Source: the human T2T-CHM13v2.0 reference genome, Homo sapiens. Taken from it: 64,000 nucleotides of DNA. The notes below the pieces were generated by a model. It did not search any database, was not told where the DNA came from, and was given only the letters and a program-made list of their open reading frames with translations. Positions 46,986 to 61,506 of this stretch are shown piece after piece. The position numbers and the translations under genes are program-made. Within the stretch, counting starts at the first letter, position 1; each line of letters starts with the position of its first letter. The stretch is taken from the NCBI RefSeq assembly GCF_009914755.1, contig NC_060926.1; one strand, 5' to 3'.

Positions 46986-47596
46986 TCAGTAACTATTACA
47001 AAGCTTCTAATATTTCTGTCCTAATAGGCTAGCAATTCTTTTTGAAAAACTGTGAAACGGGGAATAAAATATTGCTGGATTGACTTCAAAGTAAAGAAAC
47101 TTTCTTAATTAAGCAAAAATCTACCTTTAAATTGAGTGATGCACAGATAACGTGTTATTTTTCGGGCTGTGACAAATCTAGCTCATGACTTGTAGGTGGC
47201 AGGAGAAACAAATACATATGCATGCAAACAATCTATGTTTTTAATGTGGTGTTGAGTTTTAAGAAAGTCAGTCTGGAATAAAACACCTCAAGGCTAAAAA
47301 AGGATCAGCATTACACACACACACCCTCCCTCCCCTTCAAATATCACATTGGAATCAACATCTTTAGATTGTTTAGCAAGCGATATACTCCTGAAGCCAC
47401 TTCTATAGCAAAAATCACTCTGATGCTTAGTTCATACAGCAAATTAGTCTATGAAACCTATAATCAATGGCACTATAACAACGAGAGTGTACACAAGGGT
47501 AGTTGGGTAATAGTTTCCCCTAATACGTGTGAAAAACAAAAGTTAGATGAATGACAAATATTGTATATTCATCTTCCTTGTGCTAAATTGAGCTGC

Positions 47597-48121
47597 TGTG
47601 GCAAGGAATTTGCAAAATGGCAATAAGAATTCCTTCCATCCTTGTATATATATCCCTCTGCCATGGGATTTTACCACTCCTCCCAAAAAGTAGAAAAATC
47701 TATTTCCTTTCCCTTTGAATTTGGGCTGGCCTTGTGATATGCTTTAACCCAAGGAATGTGGCAGAGTGGCATTGTGTGACTTTCCAAGACTAGGCCTCAA
47801 GAGTCTTTGCAGCTTCCACTCCCACTATCTTAGAACACTGCTGCAGCCAAGAAACAAAGTACAGGCAAGTTTCTTCCAGGATGAGAAATCAGTGGAAAGT
47901 GAGGGCCAGCCAACAGCCACCACCAACCACCCAACACGCGAGCGAGACCATCTTAAAAGAGCCCCAGCCAAGCTGACCATGGGTCTGACCCCAAACTGAA
48001 GAAATGCCCAGCCCAGCCAAACCCAAATTGCTAACTTGTATTATAAGCAAGTACAATGGTCCTTACCTTAAGCCACTAAGTTTTGGGATGCTTTGTTACA
48101 CAGCTATAGATAGCTGATACA
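47597..48121 (+). mobile_element. MLT1 (G/H-like) solo LTR
   Basis: MLT1 hallmarks ctggccttgtgatatgctttaaccca and taagccactaagttttgggatgctttgttacacagctatagatagctgataca. Confidence 0.75.
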
Positions 48122-48794
48122 GGGAATGTCAGAATCCATGATGAGAGAACCGAGCCTTTCAGTCTGTCAGAGGCACCCTCGCTGGCAAAACTTCAAAAGA
48201 GGCACCTACCTCAACAAGAGGCTGCTGCTGAATCATCCTTGGAAAAATTACACTCTCCCTATCAAGTCCCTTGCCTTGACCCCTTGTCAAGTCCTGCAAA
48301 TTGTAAACTTGGAAATGCCCCCAAGTTCTTATTCTCCCCCTTTCTCAGACCTGCTCAGGTTTGAGGTCTCTTGCTGCTGTGTAGTAGTCTTTGCTTCGGA
48401 ACGAGCCCGTCCATTTTCTCCCTGGCTTCACAGACCTGACTACAGAATCCCACCCACCACCCTACCAGACTCCTCTCAGCTACCATCAGCTTTTACTTTT
48501 GCAATCCCTACCTCTATGCCAACAGCTCACTGTAATCTCCAACCAAGTCCTAGTCTTATCACTTCTATGAAATAGTGATCCAGAATTTACTACAAATAAT
48601 AGTAAACAAAACTGATGGTAAACAACTAACAGCACTGTCATGCTAAAGAGTCATTTTGTAAGGTTACATACTTATCCCAATACAAATACCACTGCTTAAA
48701 ACATTTTTGGAAGTATTTTAAAAGCAAATTAATGTCACTTTAGAAAATTAGTCTCATTTCTTCATAGGAGGACTGACAGAAATGGCTAAGTTTT

Positions 48795-49697
48795 TTGCTG
48801 CTGTTGTTTTTTACCAGAAAATAACCACCACCTTTGTTAACATAGTAACAACAGAAAGGATTTCCAATTTCTCAGGAGGAAAATAACATGACACCAGCAC
48901 AAGTGTTAAAAGATGTTAAATGGTTAAGTGTTAAATGGCTACATTTCTTATTCTGATAGCTTCCCACCACACACCGAAGGTTCCTCAAGGACAGCTGCCA
49001 CCAGAGCTGCTGCAAGAACATGTTTTTCACTGGGTGTAGCTTCACAGTCAACTCCTCAAGCAGAAGACTAAAATATTATTTCTTTTTAGAAGATCTTGGT
49101 TGAGGGAGAACATATCAATATGGAGAACAGATCTTTGCTTCTCGAATTCAAGAAAAACCACTAACTAATCTATCAATTTTTCTCTGATACAGTGTGCCAG
49201 AGTGCTCTGTGAAGAATCCTTTTCCATCCCTACCACGTGTCTGGGTGAAGGGAGAGGAGGGGTGGCAAAGTGCCAGTATACTAGCAGGCACTCCTGGTGA
49301 TGCTCTGGGCTCCGCTCCCTCTCTGCTGGTAATAGTAGGCATCTTTTCTGGCAGCTGCAGCAGCTTGATGTGGGGGGAGGAAGGGGCCACCCACCAATCA
49401 CCTCTTCTTGTAGCCATATTTTTTGCATTCACAGAAGAGATCTGTCTTAGAGCTCCTCAAATTGACAATCTTTGGCAGCCATCTCTATTCTCCTGGATGG
49501 TGCACTCCTTACAATAATAGGCATCAGAGACTCCAGGACCTCCAGAGACCACACAGTGCCCCTGGTAAGATCCACAGTTACACTCATCACATCACCAGAG
49601 TACAGGGACGCACACAGGAGTCACAAATCACACACTTGCTGTCACGTTTTTCACATAGTCTTCCGATGGCAACATAAGCCTGCTTGCGGCAAAAGAT
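48795..49697 (-). pseudogene. PHF5A: Processed (retro)pseudogene of PHF5A: 5'-truncated CDS (codon 9 to stop at 49398-49400), 3' UTR and decayed A-tail; pseudogene-specific symbol not determined
   Basis: Minus-strand translation from 49697 gives [35 protein letters not shown], then after a 5-nt deletion [39 protein letters not shown], then after a 1-nt deletion [24 protein letters not shown]. This matches PHF5A ([44 protein letters not shown]...KKYGFKKR). Intronless; A-rich tail remnant at ~48795-48812; TSD ctaagtttt at 48786-48794 and 49698-49706. Confidence 0.96.
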
Positions 49698-50107
49698 CTA
49701 AGTTTTCATTTAATATAAAATGTAGCTATAAAGTAAAAATGGACACCCTCCCACACATCCCCCTGAAGGAAAGAACACTTTCTGTACATAAAAATTCTGA
49801 TATGATTAATTGAAGGTCAGTCATACCTCATAAAGATCATCTTTCCTATTTTTGTCACTCCCTTTCTTCCAGGTAGCTCCAAAAGACAAGGAAATATTTA
49901 ATTTTAAACAACTACATATGGCTAAAAATAATTTCATTTTTTAATATGATAGACGAACAAAACGAGCATCCAACTGTAACTTTTACCTGTCCTAGTCACT
50001 GGAACTTCAATTATCCTCCTTTTCCATAAAGACTGTTTAAGCAAAAATATGTTACAAAGCTGCCTATATTATCTATTTCCAATGGGCTTTAAGGAACAGG
50101 ACGTGAA

Positions 50108-50400
<293 letters not shown>

Positions 50401-51697
50401 GAACAGGACATGAAATTATAGCCTTCAGAAAGTCTTGCAGCATTTATGAAGACAAACACAAAAACGGCTATAGATGAACTGAGAGGCTCATCATCTCTTG
50501 GCCCTAGAGATCAGAGATCGTCACTTTTTAAACAACTGATGGGTATTTACTTTACTAAACACTCTAGCCCCGATCTTGACTTATGCCAAAAATATTACTA
50601 TTCTTACGTTCATCCTAATGATCACATTTTGAAACTACACAGAAACACTTTTCCCTAGTCCTATTTCAGCCACCCGACTCCTCAGGAAAGGTGCCACATT
50701 AAAAATGTTTCCACAACAACTTGTGTTTAAGGTCAGGCACTGGGTTTCAGACTTCAGAAACTTGAAAGGGCATATACAAGGAAAAATTTTAAAGGGATTA
50801 CATAGTAAAACATTCTCTGTTACAGCTCCGGTCACTCAAGGGACACTAAATGTGAGAAAGTACACACTGTTCCTGAGTTGCCCAAAACTAAACCCACTTA
50901 ATCTCCCTACACAGATTTTTTTCCCACCCCTCAGTCATTAATTCCTTCTCCCAAAAGAGCAGGTATCCTACCCAAATAGTGCTTGCTGAGTTAGAATTTC
51001 TATTAAGGAACTGGCTTAAATGATGTTTTACTTGCTTTGTGATCTGTAACTTAGGATAAACTATTAATCCTTGACTCACTCAAATCCCAAAATGTTTCTA
51101 ACTCAAAGGAAAAGAGGGACTATGATTCAAATTCACCGTTTAAGTGACTGAAATTAATTTTGGTACTATTTTTCCTAATTAGGGTTAATTTCAGAACTTC
51201 TTTGTAATTTCATTTTTTAAACCTTATAATCAGTCCCTTCTTCATAACATAAGACAAACTGAAGTGATTCTGACTACGATATCCAACCAAAAGACTCTAA
51301 AATGATCTTTTTTAAGATATGACACATTATGATATTTCTGAAAATATTGGGTTTCATTTGGACAGAATCTGTGTTTAGTCATCACAAGAACATTTCCAAA
51401 ATGAGGTAAGTCAGTAAGATAAAAACTTATATTTCAAAACTATTTTCCTAAGTCGACAGGGGTATCTGTTTCACCACACACAAGAATACTCTTCTTCTGA
51501 AGAGATGAATTGACTAGCTTGCAAATAGGTACAGAGTGAAAACAAAACATTTTTTAAAAATCAGGTGATGCCTGTCTCCTTTTTGTACTAAGTCAGTGGC
51601 AATACCTTTGCATGTTATTAAAAGGTGGCCTCACACTACTTACAGCCATCATAACAGTATTTAGCCAGTCTTTGAACATTTCCGAGAAATTACCATA

Positions 51698-51908
51698 CAG
51701 CACCACCCCATGTAACTTTCTGTGATGAGGGAAACAGTCTATATCTGCACTAGCCTGTAAGGCAGTCGTAGCCACAGTTCATTATTGAGCACTTGAAATG
51801 TGGCCAGTGTAACCGAAGGACTGTACCCTATTTCTTTAACTTTACTTAATTAATTTAAATGTAAATAGCCACATATGGTTAGTGGCTACCAAGCTGGACA
51901 GTGTGGTG
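51698..51908. mobile_element. MER3/MER33-like hAT element
   Basis: aactttctgtgatgagggaaa...gagcacttgaaatgtggccagtg...tagccacatatggttagtggctacc. Confidence 0.75.
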
Positions 51909-52293
51909 CTAGCCCCTTTCTTCTGGGAACACTGCTGCTGCTCTGATTGTTATAAAATATCAGCCCCGCATAAGGGACCACCTCTCTCCAACTAATGATC
52001 AGTCATGGTGTATGTCTATTTCACGTACTTTTCTTCAACCCTCAACTTCCTGTTCCTCCACCTTACTTTACAACACACACCCACCTCCACCTCACTGACA
52101 GATTATAACCAAAGATTAAAAACATAATCTACTGTAATAGACCAGGCAAAAGGTGATGGCTGAAATGAAGACATTGTATATTTACATATAACCTGGTTAC
52201 ATGTTACATAAACATGCCCTGATGAAGAAATAAATATAAGTAAATAAAAATCATTTTAATGCCCCTAAAGACATAAGATTTTTACTGATTCCT

Positions 52294-52340
52294 ACATATT
52301 TTTACTCTATTTATTTATTCAGACATATTTTTACTCTATT
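52294..52340 (+). repeat. 18-bp direct repeat with 29-bp period
   Basis: acatatttttactctatt at 52294-52311 and 52323-52340. Confidence 0.85.
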
Positions 52341-52348
52341 GAGTCATA

Positions 52349-52482
52349 GGCCAGATGCAGTGGCTCATGCCTGTAGTCCCAGTACCTTGGGAGGCCAAGG
52401 CAGGAGAATCACTTGAGACCAGGAGTTTCAGACTAGCCTGGGCAACATAGTAAGATTCCATCTCTAACAAAAAAAAAAAAAA
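52349..52482 (+). mobile_element. FLAM_C / AluJ left monomer
   Basis: Single monomer with A-tail. Confidence 0.88.
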
Positions 52483-52517
52483 TTTTAGTAGTACCTTAAA
52501 ATTTATTGAGTCAATAA

Positions 52518-52819
52518 TTTTTTTTTTTTTTTTGAAACAGAGTCTCACTCTGTTACCCAGGCTGGAGTGCAGCGGCGTGATCTTGGCTCACTGCAACCAC
52601 CGCTTCTCGGGTTCAGGCAATTCTTCTGCTTCAGCCTCCCGAGTAGCTGGGATTACAGGCATGTGCCACCATGCCCAGCTAATCATTCTGTATTTTTAGT
52701 AGAGACGGGGTTTCACCATATTGGCAAGGCTGGTCTCGAACTCCTGACCTTGGGATCTGCCTGTCTCAGCCTCCTGAAGTGCTGGGACTACAGGCGTCCC
52801 TGAGCCACCACGGCCGGCC
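52518..52819 (-). mobile_element. AluS (Sg-like)
   Basis: Reverse Alu; TSD gagtcaataat. Confidence 0.94.
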
Positions 52820-52923
52820 CGAGTCAATAATATTTCTAACATCTGCCTTTCCACCAACAAGGAAACAATGTGATATAAGTGGAAGAAAATACTGAATTAG
52901 GGCAGAATCACGAGCCTGGGATT

Positions 52924-55149
<2,226 letters not shown>

Positions 55150-56142
55150 CTAAGGACTTTGGGACCATAGGCAAGTTTCTTCAACTTTGGCCATTAGAGA
55201 GTTTTCAGTTACAAGACAAAGCAGCTGGGATGGATTTTTTTTCCTTTGGTCTCTTCTAAAATTAAATTTCCTAATTCTCTCTATATTCTTGTACCACTTC
55301 TCACTTAGGAACTCACTTATAAAAACCAGCCATGACCTGCCATTCCTTCCCCAGGAAACCCCGTCTGCTGCTCCTCTTCCTTTGCTTTCTTGAGTCACCC
55401 CATAATTAAACAAACAGAGATAGTGACATTGCCTGAGAGAAAGAAAGAGAACCAGATGATTCAAATTAAAATCTAAGCTACACAGGATAGGTCAATAGGC
55501 ACCAACCCACCCAAAATGTAATCCTTTTTCAATCCCCAGACTAAACAGAGTAGGAAATAAAGCAGTTGGAATACCCTTAGTACAAACTCTGGTTCAAACT
55601 GATGCAACCAGTTCAAAACAAAATCATTACTTCTTCTAAGACCCCAACCATCCACAGAATGATTATGAGAAGTCTCACAACTGTCACAGGTCACTGGCTC
55701 CAAAATACTCCCTGAATGAAGATCTATCATTCACAGGGCAGAAAGTCATCCACCTCTACTTTCCATCTAGTTTTTTCTGACAAATAGCTCCAGTGGTAAC
55801 TAAAAGTTAGAAACCTAAACCCATAAATGTCAATAAAATGTATATTTTTTACCTAAGGGAAGAATCACATGAGCACCCCCAATACTAGGCTTCTGAGAGT
55901 TATACTAAATGCCACTTACCTGGAAGAAGTTTGAAAATAAAGTCAGGGATAATATGAATGTAGAGGTCTCTACCATTTCTATCTTAAAATGTTTTCCCAT
56001 ATATCAAAATACACAATCAGTTTAAAAGGTCAATTAATCTCAATCCTCAATGTCCAAGAAGTTTCTTAAAGCTAAGCCAGAGTTTATTCTCAAATAACTG
56101 TTTGGCAAGTGAGAAGAAATGTGAAACATATCATTTACTCAC

Positions 56143-56174
56143 ATCGGATTCCAAAGTATTTATCTAAATCGACT
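56143..56174 (-). other. Candidate 32-nt exon AGTCGATTTAGATAAATACTTTGGAATCCGAT
   Basis: Acceptor catactttatttctag and donor GAT|gtgagtaa; motif evidence only. Confidence 0.25.
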
Positions 56175-57169
56175 CTAGAAATAAAGTATGCCAATCCATT
56201 CTCTAAAGGATTTTTCTCTTCTGCTTTTCAGTTAAGCCAAGTCTGAAATGACTTTTTAATTAATATATTGAATTCTTGTCTAGTATCAAAAACTTGGCCA
56301 ATTGATGGCAGATAGGGAAAAAAGAAACACTTGAATCACTTCAACTAAGAGCTGTTTTGGTATAATCTAAACACAACTATCCTAGAGGAAAACGTATGAC
56401 TTCACATGATTACATGGAGAATTTTATTTAAATAGGAAAAAAAAACTTTCCCAAAAAGTACACTGTAAAGGAATTATAACATCTATTAGAATGACCCGGT
56501 TCTATGGTCTTAGCAGGTACCACAGCCATCCTATCATGTCAGTCCCTTATAAGTTATAAAAATAGAACTCCTGCCATCCTAACAACCTTTGAAAGCCACT
56601 TGTTCTGCAATTCTGCTCCTGTGTTTCACCTGCATCCCTGATCGTCTCCAGCAGCCCTGATTCCTACACAGGAAGAGGCTCCACAGAACTTCAAGGTGAG
56701 TGTTATATATAAATACATGAACAGCAAGAGAGAGAGATCACTGATATACAAAAGAAAAGAAAGCTCTAGAGCTTTTGAAGGGCAGTGTGGGACTTCCCCA
56801 CTCCACCCTACAATGTCTACGGATGCCAGAACTGTGGCAGGGAGCTCTGGGTCCTTTAATCCAGCCAGAAAGGCCACCTCTCAGTCCTAAGACCTCAGGA
56901 GAGCCAGGCCTCTGCCTGCCTACCTCCACAACACAGGCAGGTGGACGCACTCAAAGTGCTTACTCTTGATCTGTGAGGATTAATGAGCTAATTTCTACAG
57001 AGCCCTTTAAGCTGATTGGCCCAAACGCAACTAAATAAGCCCCATCATTAACCACGGGCAAGATCAAATCCTCAGGATCCAGTGAGGCAAATTTTTAGAC
57101 GTCAGGCAATGTTCCTCCTCCACAAGGTGAGGAAGGAGTATTTATCCCCAAAACTCAGAACTTCATCCA

Positions 57170-58720
57170 GAAAACATTTATTAAATATCTATTATGACAT
57201 GCAGGGTAGGGAGATGAGAGACCCTGTCCTCAAGGAAGACTTAACAGTCTAGAGCCAGGCTGGCAAGGAAAATACAATTTGCAGATAGTGTGACAACTGC
57301 CAGGGAGCGAAAGACCCAACAGAGCCTGAAGGGCAAGGGGGGAGGGGGGCTCTAGAGGCAGAGATTGTTTGTGTGACAAGAAATCACTTGTTCAGGGTAT
57401 GAGAAGAGAGGCCCAGTCAGGGTGCTGGTTACATGGTGTGTTCAATTCATGAACATGCACCAAGATATACATTTTTTATATGTACACTTTTCCACATGCA
57501 TATTATACTTCAATAAGGGCAATATTTAAAAGAAAAGACAGAGCTCTTTGCTACATAGATGAAAAATGGAAGGGAAGGGTCTTGGAATGGTGTTCCAAGC
57601 AGAGGGAAATCTTGCCTAGAAGAGGCATTTCAGCAACTGCAAAAGGTTCCCACTGGCTGGAGAGTCTGTCCTGAGACTGGAAATTACAAGATGTGGCTGA
57701 AAAGGGAGGCAAGAGACAATTCCCAAAAGACCTTAAACACTGTGCTTCAAATTAAGTCTTGAGGGTGACGGGAGAGCTACTAAAGGCATTTCAGCCTGGG
57801 AGCAACGTGATCAAGAATTTTGGTATAGCAGTATCTTTCTGGTAGCAATGCACACTACAGCCAGAAACAAGAATGGAAAAAAGGAACCTGGTTAGGAAAT
57901 TATTACAATAATCCAAATAAGAATCGATAAGGGCCTGAACTAAACCAGTGGTGGCTGACATGAAGAGTCAGAGTCAAATCAAAGAAGATCTCAAGGAGGT
58001 GGAGTATTTAGGACTTGGTGACCAAACAGATGTGAGAGATGGACAAAGACAGGAAAGTATAGGATGGCCAGCAGGTTTTGCCCTTGAGGGCTCTAAAGAT
58101 GATGAATATAGAAGAAACAAGATTAGGACTGAGGCCAGGGTGGAGAGACAATGAGTTTAACTGTATGAAGTTCCTGTGAAACATTCAAACGAAGACATTA
58201 AAAAGGTAGTCCAAACACTGGTATACAGTCAGGAAGACCCTCAGCATTTGATGTGGTAATTGAAGCTTCAGACAGACAGAGATGTGGATCTGGGGCAGGC
58301 AAGGGAGTACAGGAAGTCCAGAAGGAAGGCATGGCATGGAAGCTCAAGCAAATGCCTTTCCAAAAGGAGAATGAAAGATGGCACCTAACCCTGCAGAGAG
58401 CAGAGAAAAGGACTGCAGTGTCCACTGGCTCTGGCCACAGAAGAGTCACAGTGATTTCAGAGAGTAACTTGGGTTTCTTAGGGAAAGGGCAGAAGCCAGA
58501 CTGCAGTGGGCTGAGAGGGAATGGGAGGTTCCTTCCAACAATTTAGCAGTGAAAGGAAGAAACGAGATAACCGAGTAGCCAGAGGAGAAAGAAGTAGGGA
58601 GAGTGTTTTGTTTTGTTCTCTTTTGTCATTTAAACATAAGAGACAGGCTTGAGAATATTTATAAACTGAGGGAAAAGCAAAGAGGGAAAGAAGGAGACAG
58701 GGAAGCAATGGTGATGACTT
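57170..58720 (-). mobile_element. L2 relic with an embedded short L1M fragment (~57380-57520)
   Basis: aacatttattaaatatctattatg...ccctgtcctcaaggaag, followed by long purine-rich L2-like body. Confidence 0.6.
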
Positions 58721-59239
58721 TATCTGAAAATGAAGGCCTCTGTCCTCGCACTGGCTGGGACACACAGGGAGCGTTTCTTTTAGTCAGCAGCATTTCCTGC
58801 CAGCATGGCAGCCTCCGGGCAAACTCAGAGGTGGAGGAAAAGTGCAGTCCTAGCAGGTTGTTCTCGGAGCCCTCTCATAATGGGCTGCTCCTCTTCAGCA
58901 ACCTTCCCGCAGGATGCTCTCATCACTTGTCAGAGGGCCATTTGGCACCTAAACCCCTGAGCTGTCCAAATTGCCAGGAGCTCCACAGGTCTCTTCAGTT
59001 TCCTCCCACAGCAGTGGAGGTGCAAGGGGAAGCCAGATCCCCAGGGGCCTCTCCCCTTGTAAGCCCCTTCCAGCAGCCCAGCACAAGAGTGGGAATAGGG
59101 AACAACCTCTCTTTCCCACTTCCTCCCTGCTAGAAACATAGCACAGAAATCTTCAAGCCACTCCAGAATCCTGCCAAAGATAGGACTGTGTTCTCTCCTG
59201 ATAACTTGCATCTGATTAGCAAATGAAGTCTATAGAAGT

Positions 59240-59460
59240 TATGGCTAAGACTAATTGAAAGCATGCTGTGTGCCAGGCACGATTCTCAGTGCTTTACATT
59301 CTCTCATTCCTCACAACCCTATTTTTATCATCCCTATGTTACCAATGAGGAAACTGAGTGCAGACACATCTAAGTCATTTGCTCAAGGTCGCAGCGTCAG
59401 TGACCGCCATTGCAGGACATGAAACAGGCCAGGCTGTCAGACTCCAGAGCCGGCACTGCT
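59240..59460 (-). mobile_element. MIR
   Basis: tgtgccaggcac...cctcacaaccct...atgaggaaactgag...ctcaaggtcgcag. Confidence 0.75.
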
Positions 59461-59664
59461 GCAACTTATTTTCAAACACCATCACAAAATGTACTATACA
59501 ATAAACCATAAAAGTCAGGGAAGAATTCATAATATCACTAGTTAAAAATCAAATGCATAAATAAAGGATTGCAGTCACTTTACCACAGTTTCAAGAGAGA
59601 TCTTGAGATCTCTCCCCCCAGCCCCATGACAGCACATTTAAAAGAGTATTTATCTTGTAAATAT

Positions 59665-59750
59665 AATTAATGCTACTGAATTGCACACTTTAAGAACGGT
59701 TAAAATGGTACAATTTTTGTTGTGTATATTTTACCACAATAAAAATAATA
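59665..59750 (+). mobile_element. L1M 3' end
   Basis: aatgctactgaattgcacactt...tatattttaccacaataaaaa. Confidence 0.7.
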
Positions 59751-59757
59751 CAAAAGA

Positions 59758-60380
<623 letters not shown>

Positions 60381-61382
60381 ATACAAAAGAACATTTCTAT
60401 ATACATTTTTCTATTTATTAAAAAAGAAAGTGAAATGAAATGAAAATCAAAGCCCTGTCTTGAGACAAAGCATTTCAGACATCATTTAGTATTTTAAAAA
60501 CAACAACAAACAAACTAATCAAGATCAAAGAACCCACTGCAGCAGCAAGGCAGCCTGGTATAAAGGTCTGGGAGATCAGAACACACTCAGTGCTCCGGCT
60601 CCCTTACCCTAGCGCCAGCGAAGGTACCACTGTCCTCAAACTGCCTCTAGGATATCTATAAAAACCAATTCTAACCCCCAAACCATAGAAATCCACAGAA
60701 ACTCTGAGAGCACAGAGCAAAGTGGGAATGCCCAGGGCTATTTACAATCTCATTTTACGAGAGGCTGTTGCTCCTTAAAGACCTGGCCATATGTGCTATT
60801 ACCTGGACCTGAGTAAAACGCACCTGAATGGATAAACAATGCCTCACAGGAGAGAAATAAAGCATTCAAAGGAACCCTCTGTCAAACCATGTCCAGGATT
60901 CTAGAACTCAAATTCTTCGTGTTGACTAAGATGGCAATTTGTTACTTTTAGGTCATTCTAAATGACCACCCGGGACAAAAGTGAAGCAATGCTGAGAAAT
61001 CTAGTATAAAACTACATAAAGAAAGGTGCATCCTGCAAAAACCCTAAGAAAATCAAACAAACTCCTGCTGAGGCAGGAGTCTAGGGTTTCTCAGAAGAAA
61101 TTCAGCAAAGATAACAACATTGCTGGAATCACCTAATTCAAATACAGAAATTAGTACTTCAATGACTACAATTCTTTGAATGAGAAGTTCATTGAGGCTG
61201 CTCCATTCCATTACGGATGGCCAAGTAAACACTTATATGATTCACTTTCATTCCCTGTTTAGCAAATCTAGGTAATATTATTAACACCCCCAACAAATAA
61301 ACTAAGTTTTCAACTGGCATAGCTTTAAGTGCCCCTTATACTTCTAAAGGTAGGGGTACCTACTTTTGGGGGCTCAACTCAC

Positions 61383-61506
61383 CCCCAAATTCCTTCTTTA
61401 GAGAGGTAAGGAACAAAGATTAACAAGGCTGAAGAGTATAAACAGGTCGGAAAGCCTCCAAAAAGACAGAAATATTTGAAATCTACTAAGACAAGGATAT
61501 CAATGT
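61383..61506 (-). other. Candidate 124-nt exon
   Basis: Acceptor ttattaaattccttcttccag and donor GGG|gtgagt. The body is U-rich and intron-like, so this is weak. Confidence 0.2.

Noticed and set aside
49148-49813. ORFs overlapping the PHF5A retrocopy (49148-49432, 49165-49428, 49194-49517, 49423-49677, 49472-49813)
   Set aside because: They are off-frame or antisense readings of the pseudogene and its UTR; none is the PHF5A frame.
58603-59133. Longest non-L1 ORF (176 aa)
   Set aside because: GTG start inside an L2 relic, no recognisable homology and no clear exon boundaries.
60951-60967. ggtcattctaaatgacc as an estrogen response element
   Set aside because: The half-sites are 7 nt apart, not 3, and a 7-bp stem is expected by chance.
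61038-61090. Hairpin (actcctgc-tgag-gcaggagt with outer aaacccta/tagggttt) as a pre-miRNA
   Set aside because: Short stems with a large asymmetric bulge; not a Drosha-like hairpin.
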